Shown here one piece after another: positions 46,586-54,639 of a stretch of DNA of 64,000 bases. Below the pieces are notes generated by a model that was not told the origin of the DNA, searched no databases, and worked only from the letters and a program-made list of their open reading frames with translations. The stretch comes from Candidatus Buchananbacteria bacterium (GTDB taxonomy: Bacteria; Patescibacteriota; Patescibacteriia; 2-01-FULL-39-33), in assembly GCA_030650095.1 (NCBI GenBank), contig JAUSEE010000002.1, forward strand, positions 6,711 through 70,710, read 5' to 3'. Both the position numbers and the translations under genes were made by a program. How positions within the stretch are numbered: the first letter of the stretch is position 1; each line of letters begins with the position of its first letter.

Positions 46586-46810
46586 ATGATACGTAAAATA
46601 AAAAAACAATTAAACAAGATACGTCCCTACATCCAAATGGATGGCGGCGATGTTGAATTTATTTCTTTTGATGATAAATCCGGCGCTTTGACTATCAGAT
46701 TGCAAGGAGCTTGCGTAGGCTGTCCTATGTCGCAAATCACTTTGCAAGAAGGGATAGGCAAGACTATCAAACAAGAAATACCGGAAGTCAGGGAAGTCAT
46801 AGCTATTTAA
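46586..46810 (+). CDS. NifU-like (Nfu C-terminal domain) Fe-S cluster scaffold protein
   Basis: 74 aa, IRPYIQMDGGDVEF...CVGCPMS. Confidence 0.65.
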   Translation: MIRKIKKQLNKIRPYIQMDGGDVEFISFDDKSGALTIRLQGACVGCPMSQITLQEGIGKTIKQEIPEVREVIAI

Positions 46811-46812
46811 AT

Positions 46813-48012
46813 ATGAAACATAATATTTATTTTGACAATGCCGCCACCACTAAAGTCGATCCAGCAGTTTTAAGTGCCATGCTGCCTTATTTTAGCGATG
46901 AGTATGGCAATGCTTCCTCCCTTCATTATGCCGGCTTGAACAACCGGGTAGTTGTGGATCGTTCACAGGCTAAAATAGCCGATTTTTTGGGTTGCGATAA
47001 ATCGGAGGTATATTTCACGTCCGGAGCTACGGAAAGCGATAATATGGCCATTTTAGGCGTTACAGAGGCCATAAACAATGGCTCAAATAAGGCTAAAAGG
47101 CATGTTATTACCACTAAGATAGAACATGATGCTATTTTAGAGCCTTGCCGTGAATTGGAAAAAATGGGCGTTAAAGTAACTTATCTTACTCCCAATCAAG
47201 ACGGCCTTGTTACTGCCGAAAAAGTGAAGGCAGCCATTGAGCCGGAAACTGTTCTGGTTTCCATAATGTATGTTAATAATGAAATAGGGACAATTTTGCC
47301 GATTGGGGAAATCGGCCGGATGATTACCCAGTTAAACAGCCAAAGAGAGAATAAGATATATTTTCATACTGATGCCACTCAAGCCTTGAATTTTTTGGAT
47401 TGCAATGTGGAGGCTCTAAAAGTAGATTTATTATCTCTTTCCGGCCATAAAATTTACGGCCCCAAGGGCATCGGCGCAATTTATATCAGACGAGGCACGC
47501 CCTTCAAGCCTATTACCTTCGGCGGGCATCAGCAGGCTGGCGTTAGGCCGGGAACTTATAACGTGCCAGCCGTAGCGGGTTTAGCCGAGGCGGTAAATTC
47601 TTTAAGCGATAAAAAAACAATTGACCAGCAAAATGATAAAATTAAAGAATTAAGAGATTATATTATTAAGCAAGTGCTCCTAAGAATAACCGGATCAATT
47701 GTTACCGGTACCAAAGAGGAGAGATCTCCCAATAATGCCAGCTTTGTTTTTGAAGGCGTTAAAGGCGAGGATATCGTTTTGAGCTTGTCCGAAAAAGGCC
47801 TAGCTGTTTCTACCGGTTCGGCTTGTTCCTCCGGTTCGCTAGATCCGTCTCATGTGCTCTTGGCTTTGGGCTTAAAACCGGAATTGGCTCATGGCAGCTT
47901 AAGAGTCAGCTTGAGCAAGTATAATACCGAAAATGAAGCCAAGGTATTTGTAGAAGAGCTTGAGGAAACCGTTTCCCAGCTTAGAAAAATAATGAACCCG
48001 ACCCCGCTCTAA
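46813..48012 (+). CDS. iscS: Cysteine desulfurase (IscS/NifS class); C-terminus supplied by R2 repeat
   Basis: Start set at ATG 46813 (MKHNIYFDNAATTKVDPAV); PLP lysine region SLSGHKIYGPKGIGA; SSGSACSS active Cys; ends NPTPL-stop inside the repeat. Confidence 0.85.
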   Translation: MKHNIYFDNAATTKVDPAVLSAMLPYFSDEYGNASSLHYAGLNNRVVVDRSQAKIADFLGCDKSEVYFTSGATESDNMAILGVTEAINNGSNKAKRHVITTKIEHDAILEPCRELEKMGVKVTYLTPNQDGLVTAEKVKAAIEPETVLVSIMYVNNEIGTILPIGEIGRMITQLNSQRENKIYFHTDATQALNFLDCNVEALKVDLLSLSGHKIYGPKGIGAIYIRRGTPFKPITFGGHQQAGVRPGTYNVPAVAGLAEAVNSLSDKKTIDQQNDKIKELRDYIIKQVLLRITGSIVTGTKEERSPNNASFVFEGVKGEDIVLSLSEKGLAVSTGSACSSGSLDPSHVLLALGLKPELAHGSLRVSLSKYNTENEAKVFVEELEETVSQLRKIMNPTPL

Positions 48013-48234
48013 AGAGCGGGGTACCCGTCTGCCTACGCCTACCTTAATTTATTGATTAAGGCATTGGGTTTGCGTAAAAATAATTTGTTTTTAAGAAAAA
48101 ATAAGGACGGCAATGGCGGGCAGGTCAGGGCGGTTGAAAATGGAAGGTGTCGGCTCCGCCGACGTATTTTTCCTCACACTGCCCTTCATCCCCTGGCTTA
48201 AAAGCCAGGGGTATTCGGGCAGCAACATTATAAA
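47995..48234 (+). repeat. R2 structured repeat, plus-orientation copy with ~100-nt internal insertion
   Basis: Same ends as 45829-45968; insertion carries hairpin ccttaat-ttattg-attaagg. Confidence 0.7.
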
Positions 48235-48242
48235 ATACTCAA

Positions 48243-48272
48243 GAAAAAACCGCCGTGAGGGCGGTTTTTTTA
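48243..48272. terminator. Strong bidirectional rho-independent terminator between iscS (+) and the pilus operon (-)
   Basis: aaaaaaccgccgtgagggcggttttttt: 7-bp GC stem flanked by A-run and T-run. Confidence 0.65.
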
Positions 48273-48590
48273 AGGCTTGGGCTGCTCGGGAGGTGGGAGG
48301 GTTAAGTTTTGGAAAGGATCCTTTATTTGCTCGGTATTGATCTGTTCTGTTTGGATTTTAGATTCAACATTGCTTATAATCTGGTTAAACTTATCCCTTT
48401 CCAAGCTTTGGTCGGATATTTCTTTTCTGAGATCGGTAATAAGCTCGGCTTGAATTATAGTTTGATAAACATTGTTGTATAAAAATCTGGTTAAGATAAT
48501 CAGGGTAATAACAATCACAATTATAGTGGCCGGGTAAAGATAGCGGACTATCAGAAAAAAATTGATTTTTTTAATATTTGGGCGTTTCAT
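48270..48590 (-). CDS. Small membrane protein at the end of the pilus operon
   Basis: 106 aa, one TM, overlaps pilO stop; no motif. Confidence 0.3.
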   Translation of the reverse strand: MKRPNIKKINFFLIVRYLYPATIIVIVITLIILTRFLYNNVYQTIIQAELITDLRKEISDQSLERDKFNQIISNVESKIQTEQINTEQIKDPFQNLTLPPPEQPKP

Positions 48591-49132
48591 TTTTTAAAAT
48601 AAGTATTAACAATTAATTGGGCCACTATAGTATTGGAATTATCAGCTTTTTTATTCTTAGTGAAGGAAATTAATTTTAGATTGAAATATTTTTCCTGTTT
48701 TTCTAATTCACTCATAAAGCCCAATATTTGCTTGTAGTCGCCGGTGATGATAGCTTGTATTTCCACTTGATCAATATTAGAGCCTATGTCTTGGCCGGTA
48801 AAATCGGAATTAATGGTTATGACCAGGCCGTATTTATTAGCGATGGTTTCTAGGCTGCTGATTAAATTCAGTTCGTTGCCTTTCGCAAAAAAGACGTTAT
48901 CCAGGGTTTTAGCCGGCTCCTCTATTTCTTCCAGATCTCTTACTATTTTTTTCATATTAAGTCCCATAGCCAGCTTTTTTTCTAATTTTATCCTCTCATT
49001 GGTTATTTCCTGATTAACCCTGGATATTTCTTTTAAGGCCGGATAAATGATGAAAATTGTTATGGCGGCAAAGAATAGGAGTACTATTCCTATATTAATA
49101 TAAAATTTATTCTTGTAATAATTTAGAAACAT
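48587..49132 (-). CDS. pilO: Type IV pilus assembly protein PilO-like
   Basis: N-terminal TM + coiled coil + alpha/beta domain, position after pilN. Confidence 0.5.
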   Translation of the reverse strand: MFLNYYKNKFYINIGIVLLFFAAITIFIIYPALKEISRVNQEITNERIKLEKKLAMGLNMKKIVRDLEEIEEPAKTLDNVFFAKGNELNLISSLETIANKYGLVITINSDFTGQDIGSNIDQVEIQAIITGDYKQILGFMSELEKQEKYFNLKLISFTKNKKADNSNTIVAQLIVNTYFKK

Positions 49133-49134
49133 AG

Positions 49135-49671
49135 TTATTTTATTTTGGCCGGAATCATTTTAGCCGTAATGGTAAAATTATTATTCTCTTTAGACAGTAA
49201 ATCTTTGAGCGGCAGATTAACTGTCTCAAAAATATTTGAATCGGTTAAGCTGTTCTTTAGTTTGGTTAGGTCGTTTCTGGTTTTGGCCACTCCCGTCAAC
49301 TCCAAGGAGGTGTCATCATATTTTATCTTGATGGAGTTATAGGAAATATTATCCGGAGTAAGATTGGTTAGGGTTACTAAAAAATCGGACCATCTTTTAA
49401 AGTCAGTTTGTATTTTACTTACCGTGCTTATTTTGTCATTAAGCATATTTATCCTATTGACAATATCTCTGTTTTCTGAAATAACATAAGCATTTCTTTC
49501 AATTAATTTGGCCAAGCTGTTGTCTAGGATATACTTGGAAATTAAAAGCATGATGGCGATAATCAAAGTAAAAAGCAGAATTAAAATAACCAGCTCTTTG
49601 ATGGCTACGTAAACTCTTTTAATTTTCAACTCCCTTTTTTGATTGGGAGAAAGCAGGTTTATGATTATCAT
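49135..49671 (-). CDS. pilN: Type IV pilus assembly protein PilN-like
   Basis: MIIINLLSPNQKRE start (INLLP motif), TM, follows pilM. Confidence 0.6.
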   Translation of the reverse strand: MIIINLLSPNQKRELKIKRVYVAIKELVILILLFTLIIAIMLLISKYILDNSLAKLIERNAYVISENRDIVNRINMLNDKISTVSKIQTDFKRWSDFLVTLTNLTPDNISYNSIKIKYDDTSLELTGVAKTRNDLTKLKNSLTDSNIFETVNLPLKDLLSKENNNFTITAKMIPAKIK

Positions 49672-50726
49672 AGGAATGTCTCTGGTTTTAATCCCCTTAA
49701 AGCCAACCCCAAAGCCGTGACAAAGGATTGCGATCTTTGGCTGTTAAAAAATGATTTATCAGGATTGGCTATTACTTGCCAGGGGTTGCTTATGATTACT
49801 GGTATTTTTAATTTTTCTTGTAAAACAGAAGCAATGTCGATAAAATTCGAGCCGCCGCCACAGAGCAGTATCCTTTCAATATTCTTGGCCTCGGGAAAAT
49901 TATAATAATAAAAATTTATCGCCTTGGTTATGCGGTCGCTTAATTCATTTATGACATCAGAAAATATTTCCAGCAGGGCTCCGTGGCATTTGGTTTTATC
50001 CAGGCCGCAAACTATCTTGGCTTTTTCCGCCTCATCCCATTTCATTTCCAGAGTGTCAACTATGTGCCGAGTTATGTTATTGCCTGATATCGGCAGGCTG
50101 ACGGTGAATTTTATGGTTTTATCATAAAGAAACAGGCCTGTTCTTTGGGCGCCGATATCTATTATGATCTGCGGTTTTTGATCATTGGCCTCTTCTAAAA
50201 GAAGCCGGGAAATGGGCGCTGATTCTATTTCTAGGACAGTCGGTATCAGATTGGCTTTAGCTAATATATCCACATAAGATTCTATGATATTTTTAGGCGA
50301 AACGCCCACCAGTATCATCAGCCCCTGATCATTCTTTTCTATGATTTGATGATCCATATAAATATCATCAAAGTTAACCGGTATGTCTTGAGGCAGTATC
50401 TCTTTTATTTTTGCCACGATTTCCTCGTCGGGGATGAGCGGCATGTTTAATATTTTAAAGAAAGTTTTTTCCTCGGGCAGGACGCTTATAACTTCATCGC
50501 TTAATTTGCCATGGCCGATTTTGGTTTTTATCATTTTACTGAGCGCATCTAAAAAGACCTTCGGTTGTTTTATTTCCCCGCTGGAAATGCAATCCGGTGG
50601 TAATTTTATTTCATTATATATTTGAACCTTGGCTTTTTTCGAGCTTCTTTCCAGTTGTACCATGCGCAGGTTGCGGTCTGATATGTCCAGGCCGAAAGCT
50701 ACCTCGGTTGTATTAAAAAAAGACAT
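49668..50726 (-). CDS. pilM: Type IV pilus assembly ATPase-fold protein PilM
   Basis: FGLDISDRNLRMVQL actin-like N-terminus; CGGGS region. Confidence 0.8.
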   Translation of the reverse strand: MSFFNTTEVAFGLDISDRNLRMVQLERSSKKAKVQIYNEIKLPPDCISSGEIKQPKVFLDALSKMIKTKIGHGKLSDEVISVLPEEKTFFKILNMPLIPDEEIVAKIKEILPQDIPVNFDDIYMDHQIIEKNDQGLMILVGVSPKNIIESYVDILAKANLIPTVLEIESAPISRLLLEEANDQKPQIIIDIGAQRTGLFLYDKTIKFTVSLPISGNNITRHIVDTLEMKWDEAEKAKIVCGLDKTKCHGALLEIFSDVINELSDRITKAINFYYYNFPEAKNIERILLCGGGSNFIDIASVLQEKLKIPVIISNPWQVIANPDKSFFNSQRSQSFVTALGLALRGLKPETFL

Positions 50727-50797
50727 TTTTTATTTTGTCTGTTTAATTATAACAGATATTACTACAAAATATAATTTATTTTACAAATTTTATAAAC

Positions 50798-52024
50798 TTA
50801 ATATTGTTCCTCCCAGTGATCAATTTGGATAACTGGAGGGTTGGCGTTGTTGGCCGGGTCTATGACTTTTTCAAAGTTTTCCGGAGTATGATTAAGGGTT
50901 ATGGCTCCGCCGCTAGCCGTTACTTTGGCGTCAAAACCGGTCATACCGCCATTGATTACAAAAGTCGTTCCAGAACTTATGATTTCCAAATCATCGCCAG
51001 CATAAATCAAACCGTTAACCGTTACCGATCCGCCGGAAGTAGTGATGTCAATATCTCCTTCCGCCAGCAAACCCCCGCCGTAAGTGGCATCAGCGTTAAC
51101 CGTGAAGGTTTGGCCGGAATTGGTGATTTCAATTTCTTCCTCTGCTACCAAAACGCCGTTGATAGTCATATTTTTGCCTATTACCTCGGCATCGCCGGTA
51201 ACGTAAATAATGCCGTTTAAAACAGTGTTATTGGCCAAATTTTTAAATTGAGTTTTAGTGTAAATAGTGGTAGCTCTGTTTTTCCAAGAATTTGGATCAG
51301 CCGAATTAAAATCAATCGGCAGGGCATCTATGGTGGTAGTGGGCGAACTTTGGTAACTATTGTTTAAAGTTAGTTGTCCGCCGCCAACTGTCAGGATGTT
51401 GTTACTGGCCGAAACAACACCGTCGTTAATTCTTACTTCAGCACCTTGAACCTTAAGAGTTTGATTAGCATGAACCCGTCCGCCATTAGAAATTAAAACC
51501 AAGCCGGAACCGGTAAAAGTGAAATTGCCATTTTGCTGTGAACCGCGTCCGCCGGCAAAAATAGTATATTCCCAGCTTTCTCCGCTGCCTGTGGCTTGGC
51601 TAATATAATATTTAACCACTCTTCGGGAAGTTTTTCCGGCAATTTGATAGGTGGAGGTGGCAATAATCCAGGCTTCGGCTGGCACGGTATTTATGGCCGA
51701 AGCATGATAGGCAGCATTGGTGTCGCCAAAAACATCACTTCTTATAATATCATTGGAGGAGTTAAGAGTGCCGTTTAAAAAAGCTTGGCCGGTAGCTGAA
51801 TCATTTTGAATTTTCCAAATAAGCTCGTTAACACCGGCTTCAGCTAAATAATAAGTTTTGGCTGCTACTGCTTGGCTGGTTGATATTTTTATTTCAGTGA
51901 GAGTGAAATTGACCACATAAATAGATGTTAAAAGCATCAAAGACATCACTAGTATTGATGTGACTAAAATAAAACCTTTCTTATTTTTAAAATCAAGATT
52001 TATTTTTTTAGAGATTTCGTCCAT
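50798..52024 (-). CDS. Large pilin-like protein with parallel beta-helix repeats (pilus-associated adhesin candidate)
   Basis: Hydrophobic pilin-like N-terminus KKGFILVTSILVMSLML; repeated ...TNSGQTFTVNADATYGGG.../...TTSGGSVTVNGLIYAGDD... strands. Confidence 0.4.
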   Translation of the reverse strand: MDEISKKINLDFKNKKGFILVTSILVMSLMLLTSIYVVNFTLTEIKISTSQAVAAKTYYLAEAGVNELIWKIQNDSATGQAFLNGTLNSSNDIIRSDVFGDTNAAYHASAINTVPAEAWIIATSTYQIAGKTSRRVVKYYISQATGSGESWEYTIFAGGRGSQQNGNFTFTGSGLVLISNGGRVHANQTLKVQGAEVRINDGVVSASNNILTVGGGQLTLNNSYQSSPTTTIDALPIDFNSADPNSWKNRATTIYTKTQFKNLANNTVLNGIIYVTGDAEVIGKNMTINGVLVAEEEIEITNSGQTFTVNADATYGGGLLAEGDIDITTSGGSVTVNGLIYAGDDLEIISSGTTFVINGGMTGFDAKVTASGGAITLNHTPENFEKVIDPANNANPPVIQIDHWEEQY

Positions 52025-52646
52025 AAATTGATGTGCTTATATTTATATTTTCCGAACCCTTGATTAAATAAAGATTAATAGTTATCAAGTTATTGCCCCA
52101 AAATTCCAAGTCGCTGGCATATTCGCCAATTATTTTATCTTCGATTATTTCGGCAACGGGCGGGTTGCCGAATTGATCGGTGTCATAGATATAAACATCG
52201 GTTGATTGATCACCGGCAAAATAATATCTGGAATATTCTCTTTTAATGTCTTGGCCGTCTAAGTAATACCTAATGTAGGCGATATTAGAAGTATTATGCC
52301 CGTCTAAAAATTTTATTTCTGCCGGCAGCGAATCAGGATCAGAATTATCGGCCGGTAAAATCGTAATCACGCTTTGGGCTTGACGCAGTTCCCTGATCAT
52401 TCTGTCTAAAATAACTCGGCCATTTTGGGTTATTTCGGCTCGAGTGTCGGTTTTATTATAAGTGGTTTGACTGATGTAGTAGACCATGGACATTATCAGG
52501 AAAAGTATGAGAGATATACTTATAACTATGATTATTTCTACCAAAGAAAAACCGCTGTTTTTTTGTTCTGTCTGTTTAATCATTTTTGGCTTATTAAAGA
52601 TATTATCTGGGTGCTTTTTTCTATATTCAGGGCTGGGCTGTTCCAA
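52008..52646 (-). CDS. Minor pilin / pseudopilin with prepilin N-terminal methylation domain
   Basis: KNSGFSLVEIIIVISISLILF. Confidence 0.55.
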   Translation of the reverse strand: MEQPSPEYRKKHPDNIFNKPKMIKQTEQKNSGFSLVEIIIVISISLILFLIMSMVYYISQTTYNKTDTRAEITQNGRVILDRMIRELRQAQSVITILPADNSDPDSLPAEIKFLDGHNTSNIAYIRYYLDGQDIKREYSRYYFAGDQSTDVYIYDTDQFGNPPVAEIIEDKIIGEYASDLEFWGNNLITINLYLIKGSENINISTSIYGRNL

Positions 52647-53002
52647 TAAATGTTAACTGTTATTTTTTTTAATCCAGTTTCAGTGACTGATGTTTGTAAA
52701 TTGCTGTCAACATATTCCACTAAAACCTCCCTTTGGTAATTGTATAATCGGTTGTTAGGGTCTTCAGACAGGCGATGCTTGGCTTCTAAAGTGCCGACTA
52801 AAACATTGTCATAATTTAAGTAAAACAAATTTTCCACTTCTGCTTGGGCCAGGTTGGCGGCAACTGTGGCTTGTTCCGCGGATTTGTCTATTTTAAAAGC
52901 AATAGGGAATATTTTAGCTACAGAAAAAATACCTATTAAGATAACCAAAATAGTTATCATAGCCTCTATGAGAGTTATGCCTTTATTGTTCAATTTTAAC
53001 AT
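52580..53002 (-). CDS. Minor pilin with prepilin N-terminal methylation domain
   Basis: NNKGITLIEAMITILVILIGIFS. Confidence 0.6.
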   Translation of the reverse strand: MLKLNNKGITLIEAMITILVILIGIFSVAKIFPIAFKIDKSAEQATVAANLAQAEVENLFYLNYDNVLVGTLEAKHRLSEDPNNRLYNYQREVLVEYVDSNLQTSVTETGLKKITVNIYWNSPALNIEKSTQIISLISQK

Positions 53003-53441
53003 AGCCTGATGGTTTTATTGATATTATACTGGTTAAATTCTCGGCATTAACTAGGGTAATTGAGCCGCTTTCCAAAGCCGCGCCGGTTACGTTAAAGGTA
53101 ACGGTATCTGATGTTAAGTCGGCGATTGATTGGATGGAAATTGCCTGATTGATATCTTTATTTTTAACTGTTTGGCCAGTGGCAGTATTAACAATAGCAT
53201 AATTATTCTGGGCTTGATTAAAAACAACTGAATAATTAACTTGTTCGGTAACTGATGATTGCTGGGCATACCTTAGATCAGAGGCTATATCCCTAGTTTC
53301 GGCGTTTAAGCTTAATCTGGGCTTTATACTGTTGTAAACCGGCAAACTAACCAAGGCGATAATGCCCGCAATAACAATCACAGCCAATAGTTCTATCAAA
53401 GTAAAGCCTGATTTTTTTGATCTTGGTTTTATAGCTGTCAT
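52983..53441 (-). CDS. Type IV pilin / pseudopilin
   Basis: SKKSGFTLIELLAVIVIAGIIALVSLP class III signal with Glu+5. Confidence 0.65.
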   Translation of the reverse strand: MTAIKPRSKKSGFTLIELLAVIVIAGIIALVSLPVYNSIKPRLSLNAETRDIASDLRYAQQSSVTEQVNYSVVFNQAQNNYAIVNTATGQTVKNKDINQAISIQSIADLTSDTVTFNVTGAALESGSITLVNAENLTSIISIKPSGYVKIEQ

Positions 53442-54496
53442 CAGATAGTCTGGGTTAGGGTTTGCATAGGCAGCATGATAGCTAAGGCGATGCCAGCCAC
53501 GCCGGCGCCTATTAGTAACATCAAAACCGGCTCGATTATTACCGGCAGATTCTCCATGGTATTATAAACTTCTTCTTCGTAAAAAACGGCTAAATTTTCT
53601 AAAACCTCATCCAATGAGCCAGTTTCTTCGCCTACGGAAACCATTTGTATGATGTTAGGCGGAAAAATATGAGGGTAGTTTTTAAAGACGTCAGCCATTT
53701 TATTGCCCTTTTTAACCTGTTCGGCCGATTCCATTAAAGCTTTTTTGTAGAATGAATTGCCTAAAATTCTGGAAGTGATTTGCAATGTCTCAATTATAGT
53801 GATATCGGTTTTAATGAGCGAACTCAAACTGCGCGAAGCCCGCGCCAGATTTATTTTTTTTATTATGCCTGATACTATCGGTATTTTAAGAAGAACAGCG
53901 TCTAAAGCGTATTTGCCTTTGTTGGTTTTTACGCCTCTCGTGAATATAAATACCAGCAAAATAACAGCCACCACAATCCAGAGGCCATAAGCTTGGGTAA
54001 AATTACTAACACCAATAAGTATGCGGGTTGGCAGTGGCAACTCTACCTCCAATTCGGTGAAGAGATTGGTAATATTGGGCAGGACAAAAATCATCATAAA
54101 GGTGCCTATGCCCAGCATGGCTATGATTATTATGACCGGGTAGGTTAGGGCGTTTCTCACCTTCATCATTAATTGGTGGTCTTTGTTTGTTTGCTGGTGC
54201 AGTTCTTTTATAACACTGTCCAATTGTCCTGATGTTTCACCGGCTCTGATCATGTTGACGAATAATTCGCCGAAATTTTCCTGATAAGGCTCCAGACTTT
54301 CGCTGAAATTCTTGCCTTCTTTTATTTTATTTTGTATATCAAGAAGTATGTTTTTTAGTTTTTTGTTTTTGGTCTGCTGGGCCAAAGTGTTTAAGGCGTC
54401 AGCCAGGGGCACGCCGGCTTTTATCATAACCGAAAGATTCTGCAACAAAAATATCTTGTTGGTTGGTGATATTTTTTTGAATAATTTTATTTTCAT
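53441..54496 (-). CDS. pilC: Type IV pilus platform protein PilC (GspF family)
   Basis: Two GspF repeats, 3 TM, 351 aa. Confidence 0.85.
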   Translation of the reverse strand: MKIKLFKKISPTNKIFLLQNLSVMIKAGVPLADALNTLAQQTKNKKLKNILLDIQNKIKEGKNFSESLEPYQENFGELFVNMIRAGETSGQLDSVIKELHQQTNKDHQLMMKVRNALTYPVIIIIAMLGIGTFMMIFVLPNITNLFTELEVELPLPTRILIGVSNFTQAYGLWIVVAVILLVFIFTRGVKTNKGKYALDAVLLKIPIVSGIIKKINLARASRSLSSLIKTDITIIETLQITSRILGNSFYKKALMESAEQVKKGNKMADVFKNYPHIFPPNIIQMVSVGEETGSLDEVLENLAVFYEEEVYNTMENLPVIIEPVLMLLIGAGVAGIALAIMLPMQTLTQTI

Positions 54497-54639
54497 AAAA
54501 ATTTATTAAGATGGATTTGTCTGCCAGGTCTGTGGTAGACAATATCGATAGGCAGATATAAATCCGCCAGATCCCTCGGTTTCGGCTTCGCCTTCACTCA
54601 GGATGACATTTTTATTGATGCGGATATAAATCCGCTTTG

